Made by a program: the position numbers and the translations under genes
Shown here: positions 40,801 through 49,662 of the stretch, piece by piece
How positions within the stretch are numbered: position 1 is the stretch's first letter
Layout of the letters: every line of letters begins with the position of its first letter
The notes under the pieces: model-generated
Seen by the model: the letters and a program-made list of their open reading frames with translations, nothing else
Told to the model about the DNA's origin: nothing
The model's database searches: none
Assembly (NCBI GenBank): GCA_009887195.1
Contig: QXXX01000073.1
Coordinates: 2,000-65,999, forward strand
Direction: 5' to 3'
From: Candidatus Poseidoniales archaeon
GTDB lineage: Archaea > Thermoplasmatota > Poseidoniia > Poseidoniales > Poseidoniaceae
DNA: 64,000 nt

Positions 40801-41218
40801 GGACCCAGTCGACCCAGTTGACCCAACAGATCCAACGGACCCAGTTGACCCAACAGATCCAGGAGATGATACAGACTTAGGTGACGATACTACCGATTCG
40901 ACAGATGAGGCTGAATCAGAGTCTGGTATATTCGGTATGTCTTATACGCTCGTTGGAATAATTGGTGCAGTGATAGTATTACTCTTAGTCACGGTATTCT
41001 TTGTTAGAGGAAGAGGCTCCAAGAACGATGCTTGGTCGATGCAGGAGAAGGCTTATTCTGATGCTGGATTCGCTGCAGTAACGGGTATGCCGGCGGCAGA
41101 TACTTCAATTACGCCAGAGCAACTAGCATACGAGCAACAATTAATTGCGGCAGGTTATCCTGCAGACTATGCAAGAGCATATGCAGACCAACATTTCCGA
41201 CCTTGGCTAAAGCAGTGA
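37802..41218 (+). CDS. Large cell-surface protein (1138 aa) with repeated PPC-like (pre-peptidase C-terminal) domains, CARDB domains, thrombospondin type-3-like repeats, a Pro/Thr/Asp-rich linker, a TM anchor and a cytoplasmic tail
   Basis: Has a signal peptide (FLVGIMFIITALSPIMS). About five repeats carry DxxDWYEF/DVYSF/DLYKV/DVFAF...EVTL motifs (PPC-like). CARDB-like segments end in EKNEADNV and EANESNNV. TSP3-like D-rich repeats occur (DKDGFNSTDAGDGIIDD, DLDSDGVSNDND, DTDGDGFGDNPDG). A PTDPVDPVDPTDPTDPVDPTDP linker follows, then a TM helix (LVGIIGAVIVLLLVTVFFV) and a 60-aa tail. Confidence 0.7.
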   Translation: MRAMRNLRFLVGIMFIITALSPIMSTYNPLSLETFEQEESQNPFGEPVLLDELRKDLKNAVGAPCPAIQNDGGSPGDAGNATTNTAKDLGSNPTDSFTSCADTTDIEDWYEFTMDQDYNIEVTMSNYANDYDLYLAYEDNGSYVAIDASEYGDPEESVSTTGSANESTPGTYWVVVFPYNAGGGSSIGDYDLDIWTNYTESCVDWYSPQNDGNTGQDAPQNWSESPTNMGNNVTASYTGCLDGADGGDVFAFDVPVNHTITATLTMDSGVDFELIMHQPNGSIIDVSANSAGVDEFVTSVDTTFENQPGTYFVNISHFSGSGNYTLDIWTNYSVPTPNLAIDNVSFGLAANPGDVVPFDITVINDGTLELTDSFMAEVILSVDSGQTWVDHNLGNATWTSGLAINATQVITINGAIPTNIVEGEYNVFIVLDSEEMVTEKNEADNVELADDTLEIGNSVNACATPQDDAASGSDIGETVATSFDLGTDPELEVRGCIDSTDEADLYKVTITPNQPLEVTLVTAPIDGADFDLRLLLPNGTAIDTSLSLGDDFVTLEGSDYENTAGDYYINVTYWGGFGTSNPGGTYRLLVGEPDQSTYVPPFTCGNQNDLGLGQDASSSGIPLGTNNPISGTGCLSNSDTEDVYSFTIDDYYNTEVRFNASMSTPFTATLTNSAGNLVASVDNMSYGLVFESMDNETYEGQTTTYTLTVDSNGGQGDYDVELVVVNPALPDLIPESLSCPTSEVYTDEEVTTQWIIHNARGPAFGQSMVVLIELVDSDNVTLTTMYSSEVESENPSTTNAMSYEQSSVQDSYAFFTIPTDTPSGDYRCKLIIDSNNDVTEANESNNVHFSEPFYVQNEDELWANDVDKDGFNSTDAGDGIIDDCPNNPGTSTVDRYGCPDLDSDGVSNDNDILPNDMSQWYDTDGDGFGDNPDGTNGDQCPAVAGVFSGDDGVGCPILDLDLDGVLNENDLCPETPIGVIVGSDGCELPDEPGDNTTGPTDPVDPVDPTDPTDPVDPTDPGDDTDLGDDTTDSTDEAESESGIFGMSYTLVGIIGAVIVLLLVTVFFVRGRGSKNDAWSMQEKAYSDAGFAAVTGMPAADTSITPEQLAYEQQLIAAGYPADYARAYADQHFRPWLKQ
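40790..40870 (+). repeat. In-frame tandem DNA repeat (about 21-24 bp period) encoding a (P-T/V-D-P) linker inside the 1138-aa surface protein gene
   Basis: gacccagtcgacccagttgacccaacagatccaacggacccagttgacccaacagatcca shows imperfect direct repeats of gacccagttgacccaacagatcca. Confidence 0.6.
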
Positions 41219-41260
41219 AGTAAAGGCAATACTCATGACCTGCCGATTATTGGCACACTC

Positions 41261-41743
41261 ATGCAGGTAATGATGAAGACCAGTGCTGGAGACATACTGA
41301 TTAAGCTATACAATGAAGAGGCGCCTAAAACCGTTGAGAATTTTCTCAAACTAGTTGAAATGGGCCATTATGATGGACTTCATTTCCACCGAGTAATTCA
41401 GGATTTCATGATTCAAGGAGGGTGCCCACATTCCAAAGATCCATCTTCTCGTAGAGCAGGAACTGGCGGGCCGGGCTGGCAAATCCCTTGTGAGGCTTCT
41501 GCTCTTGCGCTAAAGCATGACAGGCCGGGGGTACTTTCAATGGCCAATGCAGGTAGGAACACCGGCGGATCTCAATTCTTCCTTACTACCGTTGCAACAC
41601 CGTGGCTGAATGGTAATCACGCCGTTTTTGGCGAGGTAGTCGGGGGAATGGATGTCGTAAAAACTATTGAGAATTGCCGTAAGTTGCCTGGCGACAAACC
41701 AGCTGAGCCACAACAAATAATCAGTTGTAAGGTAGTCGCTTAA
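41261..41743 (+). CDS. ppiB: Peptidyl-prolyl cis-trans isomerase, cyclophilin type
   Basis: FHRVIQDFMIQGG and SMANAG.NTGGSQFF are hallmark cyclophilin motifs. Confidence 0.85.
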   Translation: MQVMMKTSAGDILIKLYNEEAPKTVENFLKLVEMGHYDGLHFHRVIQDFMIQGGCPHSKDPSSRRAGTGGPGWQIPCEASALALKHDRPGVLSMANAGRNTGGSQFFLTTVATPWLNGNHAVFGEVVGGMDVVKTIENCRKLPGDKPAEPQQIISCKVVA

Positions 41744-41792
41744 GGATTAGAGATAAATTCTATTTTGTTGGTATACTAACAATAGATATTAT

Positions 41793-41810
41793 TTAATAAT
41801 TAATTATTAA
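41793..41810. promoter_or_regulatory. Perfect 18-bp palindrome TTAATAATTAATTATTAA in the AT-rich promoter region, ending 10 bp upstream of the fumC ATG
   Basis: Read directly from the sequence, and its reverse complement is identical. It lies in the 76-bp AT-rich gap between ppiB and fumC and may overlap the TATA/BRE of a leaderless transcript. Confidence 0.4.
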
Positions 41811-41819
41811 GGCTAGGCC

Positions 41820-43412
41820 ATGTCTAAACATCGTGTCGGAGACCGTAGAATAATTAGCATTAGCTTACCTGAAGACCTAGCGTCAAGATTAGATCGAAGT
41901 GTCGGTAAGGGTAAATCAGGGCGTAGTGCTACCATTACCAAGATGATTGAGGCTGCACTTTCACCCCAACAGCCAGGGAAAATCGAGCGTGCAGCAAGAC
42001 CCAAAACAAAGCCAACTGGGGAAGTTAGAGTTGAAAGTGATACGATGGGGGACCTAGAAGTTCCAACAGACCGTTATTATGGCTGTCAAACCGCTCGCTC
42101 ATTGATAAATTTCGACATCGGAGATGATAAAATGCCTAGAGGAGTAATACGATCTTTTGGCATTCTAAAGCAAGCTGCAGCCAAGACTAATGTTTCATTG
42201 AAGCAAATAGATGCCAAGGTTGGTGAATTAATAATCCAAGCCTGTCAAGAGGTTATTGATGGTGAATTAGATGATCATTTCCCACTGCGAATTTGGCAAA
42301 CAGGTAGTGGTACTCAAAGTAATATGAATTCCAACGAAGTAATTGCCAATAGAGCAATTGAAATTGCCGGAGGAGAATTGGGCTCTAAACACCCAGTTCA
42401 TCCTAACGATCACGTCAACCGAGCCCAGTCTTCCAATGATACCTTTCCTACAGCCATGCATATAGCTTCAGCAGAAGCTTTTGTTCACGATCTACTACCC
42501 AGTGTCAGGGCTTTGAGAAATGCGTTAAATGACAAGGCGAAGCAGTGGGAAAGCATTGTCAAAATAGGGCGCACTCACTTGATGGATGCAGTTCCGCTGA
42601 CCCTTGGACAGGAAGCTTCTGGCTGGGTAGCCCAACTTGATGCAGATCTTCGCCGCCTAGATTTTGCCTTAGATGATTTATTTGAATTAGCATTAGGGGG
42701 CACTGCTGTTGGAACTGGCCTGAATACACATCCACTATTTGCCCAAATGGTCTCTGATGAGATTTCTAATATCACCGGATTAATGTTTGTCAGTGCAGAA
42801 AACAAGTTTGCCCAACTAGCCGCTCATGATGCAATAGTTGCGGCTAGTGGCGCACTAAACACTTTGGCAGTAAGTTTGATGAAAATAGCCAATGACATAA
42901 GATGGCTAGGTTCGGGACCAAGGTGTGGATTGGGGGAACTAGCATTGCCAGCTAACGAACCTGGCTCGTCAATAATGCCAGGTAAAGTAAATCCAACCCA
43001 AGCAGAAGCGATGACAATGGTATGTTGCCAAGTTATGGGCAACCATACAGCCATAACAGTAGGAGGCTCTCAAGGTAATTTCGAATTAAATGTATACAAA
43101 CCAATGATGATTCACAATCTACTTCATTCGACAAAATTACTCACCGATGCTTGCCGTTCTATGCGAGAAAATTGTGTTGAAGGGTTAGAGCCGGTTAGAG
43201 AGAATATCACCAACCACTTGGAAAATTCATTAATGCTAGTTACTGCCCTCAACAATCAAATTGGTTATGATAAAGCGGCTAAAATTGCTAAAAATGCTCA
43301 TGAAAAAGGTCTCACACTGAGGGAATCTGCATTAGAATTGAAATATTTGACTAACGAAGAATTTGATTTGTGGGTTCGACCAGAACAAATGATCGGGCCC
43401 TCAGTCAAGTGA
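41820..43412 (+). CDS. fumC: Class II fumarate hydratase (aspartase/fumarase superfamily) with a 75-aa N-terminal ribbon-helix-helix-like extension
   Basis: [16 protein letters not shown] is the fumarate-lyase signature. The canonical FumC N-terminus ([22 protein letters not shown]) begins at the internal Met at 42045. The upstream 75 in-frame codons ([16 protein letters not shown]...[14 protein letters not shown]) have a beta-strand then two-helix RHH-like pattern. Confidence 0.8.
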   Translation: MSKHRVGDRRIISISLPEDLASRLDRSVGKGKSGRSATITKMIEAALSPQQPGKIERAARPKTKPTGEVRVESDTMGDLEVPTDRYYGCQTARSLINFDIGDDKMPRGVIRSFGILKQAAAKTNVSLKQIDAKVGELIIQACQEVIDGELDDHFPLRIWQTGSGTQSNMNSNEVIANRAIEIAGGELGSKHPVHPNDHVNRAQSSNDTFPTAMHIASAEAFVHDLLPSVRALRNALNDKAKQWESIVKIGRTHLMDAVPLTLGQEASGWVAQLDADLRRLDFALDDLFELALGGTAVGTGLNTHPLFAQMVSDEISNITGLMFVSAENKFAQLAAHDAIVAASGALNTLAVSLMKIANDIRWLGSGPRCGLGELALPANEPGSSIMPGKVNPTQAEAMTMVCCQVMGNHTAITVGGSQGNFELNVYKPMMIHNLLHSTKLLTDACRSMRENCVEGLEPVRENITNHLENSLMLVTALNNQIGYDKAAKIAKNAHEKGLTLRESALELKYLTNEEFDLWVRPEQMIGPSVK

Positions 43413-46400
43413 TTACAAGAAATCCGACAACGTCATTTGCCTTGCACGGTCGTTTTGGAATAATGAATCGGTACTATTAGCCAACCACTGAACATTTTGT
43501 TTGGTATAGGTGTCGACACCATATTTTTCCATAACGTGAAGTGTGACTTTGATGTATTTTCTTACTGCCCCCTCTGAAACAGTAAGCGCTAGATTGCCGT
43601 TGCACAAATCACCTTCAGATTTTACTATTCCCATCGAGGCAAAGCCTGCACTACTTGCTTTAGTTTCCTGAATACACTTTCCTGCAATAGGCATTCTTCG
43701 ATAAGAGTGAGCACACTTCAAACACCGAACTTTCTGCCTAGCAAAAGCATTGAGGTTACCTCTAAGATCAGGGAGGAAATGCGATCTAATAACACTTGAA
43801 GCTACCCTCCGAACATCGACTGCACGCAATCTATGGCCCAAATCTAACTGGCCGTTCATCTTGTCAATCATAGTGTCTAAGGTCTTGTAAGCAGACAATG
43901 CTGGCCCAGCGGAAATCGATGCGCAATCGTGGGTGTATCCATAACCCCTCACGGCAGCAACTGAACCCAATCTTCGCTCGACAAAGTCAACACGGTTTGA
44001 GAGAGATTTCGGATGTGGGCAATCTTGAGTTATTTCATAAAAATCACGTTCATAGAACCATCCCGAATCTACATTCAGGGCTTCTTTGTCCACTTCAGTT
44101 GGGTTTAATCTAGTGGTCAATACTAAAGGAGCGTCCATTTGACCGCCACGGTTAGCTGGTAAAATGTCTCTACTGAAATTTAACAAACCATCCATTAGTA
44201 ACATTATAGCATCTTCATCTCCATCACAATTTCTTCTTTTTGAAGCATGGAATAGTGGATGAGCATACCCCCCAGAACAGTCGGCCCAGCCGATAATTCT
44301 AGACAACACTCCACCCGAGGTGTGTGGTGCTAATGCACATATTAAATGACCAACTAAGTCCTCTGGGGATGATACATTATAATACGGCTCCATATCATAA
44401 TATCTTACCAATAAATCATCAATAAACTGTGTGGTTCGCACAAAATAGTCTCCAGCATTTTTAGCTACTATGAAATCTTGTGGATACAACTCAAGCATTT
44501 GATCGTCACAGGTTAATTCCTCACCTAGGTAATCATGGGTGTAGCCTAAATTGACCAGTCTCTTCCATGAGACCTCTACCTCACTTGGCTTAAAGTGAGT
44601 AACAGGGACATCACTCATATCGAATCTAACCGTGCCATCTCTAAATACTGGCAAGTCATATTTAGCACGTAAAAGACCCTTTTCTAATGCCTCGGGAGTT
44701 TGATTTTTACTGGCGATTTTCTTCATACACTTGACATTCTTAGGTAATCTATCAAGACCTAATGTGATCATAGCATCATCAATCATTGAGGAAATAGGGA
44801 CAGTGGTTATTTCGCCTCTTCTTCGACGATTTTCTGCTAATTCGCCTTTGAATTCAGTTCTCCCTCCACATTTTTCCCCAACAATCGGTTCACCAAACTC
44901 GTTTAATTTTCTATGATGGCACGATAACATTGGAGACTTTTTGTTACACTTAGTGCATGTTCTAATCCCCAGCTGAACTCGAATGTCCTTTTTCCTTGCA
45001 GCATTGGTTAGTAATCTTTGATTGCCACCGTTGAGGTCAATTGGAAATAAAGTATGAGCCATCGGATTCATTACTCGAGGTGCCGATTTTTCTGGACGGC
45101 CCATTCGGCATCCTATTCTAACCGGTGCAGAATGATGCCACCTTAGTTTTGACAATTTTCTAATTATTGGCAAAACTCCATCCACACGATAATCATCGCG
45201 CTCAATTTGTGATGACAAATATGACGCAGCATCATCGGGACCAATATCAGGGATGTTTGCGGCAGCAATACGGCCAACTTCATCGGTTTCGGCAATGCCT
45301 TTACCCTGTTGACGTGCATTAGTTTCAGCAGAAATACGGTAAATAGAGCGTTCTTTTTCTAATTCATCTAGGCGCAATTCTTCTTTCGCAAGAATCTCTG
45401 CACTCCGCCTTAGCTTGGCTATTTTATCTTCGAACACACCAATAGAATTCGCAGTCATTATCGCTTTGTTACCGTCGATGGAAAACCCAAAAGCTTCCAT
45501 CATTGCTGACCAGCCGCTAGTAATGACTAGATCTTCACCATCATGGTAATGTGCTAAACCAAGAATCAGTGCAGAGCCCTTCACGATTCCATGCTGCATT
45601 AGTGTCCAAAGAGCCGATTTATCCGTGTCAAATATTGCCTCTGTTGAGATGAAATTGGGCCCGGGAATATCTTTTATCATTTCCATAGATATATCAGGGT
45701 GGGCCATTTCAGACATTACTTTTTGATTCCAGTTTGCTACTCCACCCTTTATTCTCAATGATTTAGCCTCAGGCCTAGGAGTGTCATTTAACATAATTTC
45801 ATCTCCACTAAAATCTTCAACAACTGAGGCATTCAAGATTTTTAATAACTGAGGTATCCATTCGATTGGCAAATCTAGGAACCAAGGATTGTGTGGGGGC
45901 GGCAGAGAGGTCTTAAATCGCTCAGCAATAGACTTAGCTTGCTGCCAGTTTGGCCTCAAGGTAACTAAAAATCGGTGCCACAGTAATCTGACTTTGAACC
46001 TTAAATCTGCATCGCCGATTTCTTCTATTGTAATACCAGGAACGCCACTAGGACATTGTTTGCGCGTTATTTCCATTATCTCACAAAACACCTCTACTAA
46101 ATCATTTGATGACAATTCTTCAATCAAGTCGCTTGCCCACCAATCTAAACAATATCCTGCCGGAACCAGATTCTTGTTATTCTCCATAAATTCTCCATAG
46201 CCAATAACAATCTCACCATTATCCCAAATAGTAGCAATATCTTTTTCCAATGATTTGAAACTAGCAACGTCATCACATCTTGTGAAACGACCGTTGTTTA
46301 GTACCACCCACGGCCCGTCAGTGTAGTCAGATGGAGTAATAGCACATGCTTTACCAGGGCGTTCAATTTTCATTTGAGTGCCAATTGTGATAAAATCATC

Positions 46401-47513
46401 CATTGCCAGCATACACGCGGGGTTTACTGAAGCAGCAGCCAAGCCCGAAGGGCGGGCTCTTCCATATCGTAATCTGAATCCGCCAGGTTCTTGTGGCGAG
46501 CCAAATACCGGCCTTCCAGCAATAATGTCATTCATGAACTTGGTGATAGGTTCGGTTAGCCTAGACTTGAATTTATTTTCATCCTCATCTTCTTGAGGCT
46601 TATCTTTCTCGGCAAATTTACTGATGAAATCCCAACCGGCAATTTTCATCCGTTCAGTATGTTTGCGGATTTTTGGAGCTTTCAAACACATCCCTTCACC
46701 AATAACTAACAGCACTCCTCCTCGAATTCTAGCCTCGTCAATATTTCTTACATTACCATAACCAGAACATTGGATTTTTTCCGTGGATTCGCCGTTTATC
46801 ATGACAGGACACGCTCTAACAATTTCGTCAATTTCTTCGGGGCTTGGCCGATATTGCAGATTCCCTCGATAAAGTCCGAATTCCTCTTTGACTCGTTCCA
46901 CTTCTGGGTCTGTTGGTTGATATCTACCAACATTGAGTTCGATTCTGATCATGTCAGCAATCAGTACAGCCAAAGCTTGCGCAGTTCCACCAGCGGCTCT
47001 AATCGGCCCAGCGAAATGAACAGATACGAATTGAGAGCCATCTAAGTTGTTGAGTAATCTCACTTCACTAATCCCTTCAAGAGGTGCTACAAGAACCGCT
47101 TCAGTTAGAATTGCGAGCCCAACTCTAAGACCCACATCTATAGCAGTGACAAGGTCATACCCTTCATCCCTAAATCCTCTAGCTACTGATTGCGCCATTA
47201 GCATTGATGTTGTTTCCCTATCGTACTTTTCTAACATGTTGCGAATATCTTGTGCAACTTCATATTCACCAAGATATTCAACGAGCAACTTTTCAGTCCT
47301 GCCCGCTAGGTCAGCGGCCCTAGGAATTTCAACAAATGGCTTATGATCTAGATTTTTAGCGCGGGCTTTTTCAGCAATCCGATAAGCATCATCAGTCCTT
47401 TCATCCATCCATTGTTGGTAGTTTTCCATCTCAAGTTCTAATCTTGCAAGGTCAATCCCTTCAAGGGGGTTATTGTCGGCTTTTGTGGTTACAGTATCCG
47501 ACATTCTCCCCAC
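43413..47513 (-). CDS. polC: DNA polymerase II (PolD) large subunit DP2
   Basis: 1366 aa. The N-terminal region (YRIAEKARAKNLDHKPFVEIPRAADLAGRTEKLLVEY) matches the conserved DP2 N-terminus. C-terminal Cys clusters (CTKCNKKSPMLSCHH; CLKCAHSYRRMPIAGKC) are the PolD zinc fingers. No intein-like insertion is evident. Confidence 0.8.
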   Translation of the reverse strand: MGRMSDTVTTKADNNPLEGIDLARLELEMENYQQWMDERTDDAYRIAEKARAKNLDHKPFVEIPRAADLAGRTEKLLVEYLGEYEVAQDIRNMLEKYDRETTSMLMAQSVARGFRDEGYDLVTAIDVGLRVGLAILTEAVLVAPLEGISEVRLLNNLDGSQFVSVHFAGPIRAAGGTAQALAVLIADMIRIELNVGRYQPTDPEVERVKEEFGLYRGNLQYRPSPEEIDEIVRACPVMINGESTEKIQCSGYGNVRNIDEARIRGGVLLVIGEGMCLKAPKIRKHTERMKIAGWDFISKFAEKDKPQEDEDENKFKSRLTEPITKFMNDIIAGRPVFGSPQEPGGFRLRYGRARPSGLAAASVNPACMLAMDDFITIGTQMKIERPGKACAITPSDYTDGPWVVLNNGRFTRCDDVASFKSLEKDIATIWDNGEIVIGYGEFMENNKNLVPAGYCLDWWASDLIEELSSNDLVEVFCEIMEITRKQCPSGVPGITIEEIGDADLRFKVRLLWHRFLVTLRPNWQQAKSIAERFKTSLPPPHNPWFLDLPIEWIPQLLKILNASVVEDFSGDEIMLNDTPRPEAKSLRIKGGVANWNQKVMSEMAHPDISMEMIKDIPGPNFISTEAIFDTDKSALWTLMQHGIVKGSALILGLAHYHDGEDLVITSGWSAMMEAFGFSIDGNKAIMTANSIGVFEDKIAKLRRSAEILAKEELRLDELEKERSIYRISAETNARQQGKGIAETDEVGRIAAANIPDIGPDDAASYLSSQIERDDYRVDGVLPIIRKLSKLRWHHSAPVRIGCRMGRPEKSAPRVMNPMAHTLFPIDLNGGNQRLLTNAARKKDIRVQLGIRTCTKCNKKSPMLSCHHRKLNEFGEPIVGEKCGGRTEFKGELAENRRRRGEITTVPISSMIDDAMITLGLDRLPKNVKCMKKIASKNQTPEALEKGLLRAKYDLPVFRDGTVRFDMSDVPVTHFKPSEVEVSWKRLVNLGYTHDYLGEELTCDDQMLELYPQDFIVAKNAGDYFVRTTQFIDDLLVRYYDMEPYYNVSSPEDLVGHLICALAPHTSGGVLSRIIGWADCSGGYAHPLFHASKRRNCDGDEDAIMLLMDGLLNFSRDILPANRGGQMDAPLVLTTRLNPTEVDKEALNVDSGWFYERDFYEITQDCPHPKSLSNRVDFVERRLGSVAAVRGYGYTHDCASISAGPALSAYKTLDTMIDKMNGQLDLGHRLRAVDVRRVASSVIRSHFLPDLRGNLNAFARQKVRCLKCAHSYRRMPIAGKCIQETKASSAGFASMGIVKSEGDLCNGNLALTVSEGAVRKYIKVTLHVMEKYGVDTYTKQNVQWLANSTDSLFQNDRARQMTLSDFL

Positions 47514-47607
47514 TACCTATGAACAATGACGACCGCTTATCAACAGTTGCCTAGGGGTAACGCTCACTTTCAACATCAAAGACATTTTTGTTGAACATTA
47601 TGGTAAA

Positions 47608-48246
47608 TTGTCAAGAAAGTTCATGGCCCATTTTGTTGACCAACAGATAATGGGAGTCGCAGGAACAGTCCGCAATCATCCAAAATGGCCTAGACTAGTC
47701 GAGTTGGTCAAGGACTTGGCCTTTATCGACGGCGGCGATGACAATGCGTTTACCTTAGCAAGCGGGAGAAACTCTCGCTGGTTTTTTGATACAAAACCCG
47801 TCATGATGCACCCAGAGTCAAGTCATTTGTTAGGTGAATTACTAAATTTGCGGATGGATGAAATGGGCGCAGATTTTGTTGGGGGTCTAGAGCTGGGAGC
47901 GGTTCCATTGACTGCTATTGCAGTAGCAATGGCGGATGAAAACTCTCCAAGACGCGGATTTATGGTTAGAAAAGAACCAAAGGGGCGGGGTGGTAGAAAA
48001 ACCAATAATCCACCAGGCATAGAGGGTTCATCCCTATCTGCTGGCGGCAATATTGTGATAGTAGAAGACGTTACAACCACGGGCGGGTCTGCAATTAAAG
48101 CTGTAGATCGAATACATAATGATACAGATTGCAAAGTAATCGGTGTGATCAGTATTGTAGACAGAGAAGAGGGTGCAGAGCAAGCTTTTGCAGCCGCCGG
48201 GATTCATTTTGAGAGTTTAATGACCCGTAGTGATGTTGCCCAGTGA
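47608..48246 (+). CDS. pyrE: Phosphoribosyltransferase, orotate phosphoribosyltransferase-like
   Basis: Has the PRPP-binding motif IVIVEDVTTTGGSAIKAVD. The 212-aa length fits PyrE-type PRTases, though the exact substrate is not certain. Confidence 0.55.
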   Translation: MSRKFMAHFVDQQIMGVAGTVRNHPKWPRLVELVKDLAFIDGGDDNAFTLASGRNSRWFFDTKPVMMHPESSHLLGELLNLRMDEMGADFVGGLELGAVPLTAIAVAMADENSPRRGFMVRKEPKGRGGRKTNNPPGIEGSSLSAGGNIVIVEDVTTTGGSAIKAVDRIHNDTDCKVIGVISIVDREEGAEQAFAAAGIHFESLMTRSDVAQ

Positions 48247-49541
48247 GGGATTTAATGACCCAAATTCTTGAACCCCTTTCTACATCTAGCGACGGTCTGT
48301 TTGAGCATAACCCAGATAAGACGGCAGTAGAGAAGTTTCGTTTTTTTCACGCCGATGAAGGCAAACCTCTGGCTACACCTTGGCAAGTAGCTCTTTCACG
48401 TGCATTGATTCTACGGCGGTATAAATTAAGTCAAGGTATTATTCTAGATCCTGCTTGCGGTAGCGGTATTCAAATCGCTGCCTATTCAGAAATATTAGGA
48501 AGGCCAATAGTTGGCGTTGAACTTAATCCCGAGCGAGCCAGAGCAAGCGCAGTAAATTTTCGTACGATCTTTACCGAACGGGGCGCCACTTCAATCGAGC
48601 GACTAAAAAATAGCAAAATAATTGTCGGTGATGGCACTAAGGGGGATGAAATAATCAAACTTTTGAGCGAAAATAACGTAGATTCAAAGGTTGCTCTCCT
48701 TCACTTAGACCCTGCTCGGCCACGTAATAGTAGAGAACATTCGTTAAGTGAAATGGCCCCTAAATTAGATCAAGTTTTTGCCGGATGGCAAGACCATCTA
48801 TTAACGACTTCCAACGGACCGCCAATTTTATTGGATTTATCTCCGAGAATCTCTAATGAGCAAATGCTTGAGGTAGAAGCACTTGTTGAACAATTCTGGC
48901 CTAATTCTAACAAAACATGGACTTGGACTTCGAGGGGCCGGGGCAGAGTAGACCGTCTTGCTCTTTGGATCGGCCCGATTGCCGAGCCAGGAATTTCTAG
49001 GCGATTTGTTAGAATCCCCCCAGACCCCAAGCAACCACCGTTTGAGATGTTAGGCGGACAACCATTACAAACCGAACCAGAACAATTGACGGTCAATGAC
49101 AAGGTTCCCAAAAGAGGTGATTTTGTCTCAATAATTGACTCAGCCTTAGTTGAATCAGGTATGGCAGAAGACTGGCTTGAATCACTAAACATTGGTCAAG
49201 AATATGAGTGGTCTTCTACTGCCGGCAGAAGGCCGACGATATATCATTCAAAAAGCCTGAATAACATTCCCCATGGAAGTGAAATTTTAGTACAATGTAC
49301 TGGTAAAATCGTTGACTTGATTCACGATGATTTAACCATGGAAACGGTTGATTCATTTGTTGAGATTTGTTTGGCTAATGATGTCAAGAAACTAACTATT
49401 CGAGCAAGTCTTGCGCCAGATTTACATCCAAAACTCCAAGGATCTTTTGATCGACAATTAGCAAAGCGTCACGGGTCCCGAGATGCCTTTTTACTAAAGC
49501 GGCCAAATCATGCGACATTTTTGCTATGCATAACTTCATAA
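48243..49541 (+). CDS. Class I SAM-dependent methyltransferase (putative RNA methyltransferase)
   Basis: Has SAM motif I ILDPACGSGIQIAA and acidic motif II VGVELNP, and is 432 aa long. It shares an ATGA start/stop overlap with the upstream PRTase gene. Confidence 0.5.
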   Translation: MRDLMTQILEPLSTSSDGLFEHNPDKTAVEKFRFFHADEGKPLATPWQVALSRALILRRYKLSQGIILDPACGSGIQIAAYSEILGRPIVGVELNPERARASAVNFRTIFTERGATSIERLKNSKIIVGDGTKGDEIIKLLSENNVDSKVALLHLDPARPRNSREHSLSEMAPKLDQVFAGWQDHLLTTSNGPPILLDLSPRISNEQMLEVEALVEQFWPNSNKTWTWTSRGRGRVDRLALWIGPIAEPGISRRFVRIPPDPKQPPFEMLGGQPLQTEPEQLTVNDKVPKRGDFVSIIDSALVESGMAEDWLESLNIGQEYEWSSTAGRRPTIYHSKSLNNIPHGSEILVQCTGKIVDLIHDDLTMETVDSFVEICLANDVKKLTIRASLAPDLHPKLQGSFDRQLAKRHGSRDAFLLKRPNHATFLLCITS

Positions 49542-49662
49542 TTTTGTTGAAATTGTGGTAATTTTGACTTTCCAAAACCTTCTGCCGTATCGCGGTCTTG
49601 ATATATGGGAGGTTGGTCGGGAACTTGCTTGACACTGTGTGTAAGCATCAAGGTGAAACAAA

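Noticed and set aside
40790-40870. Short direct repeats that could be mistaken for a CRISPR-like array.
   Set aside because: The repeats are in-frame inside a long ORF and encode a Pro/Thr/Asp linker, with no spacer-repeat periodicity of 25-40 bp. No CRISPR array is present anywhere in the window.
43413-47513. The 1366-aa PolD DP2 is longer than many orthologs, raising the possibility of an intein.
   Set aside because: The sequence reads continuously through conserved DP2 blocks, with no intein splice motifs (N-terminal Cys/Ser block A or C-terminal HN-Cys/Ser/Thr) and no homing-endonuclease-like insertion. The length is probably lineage-specific.
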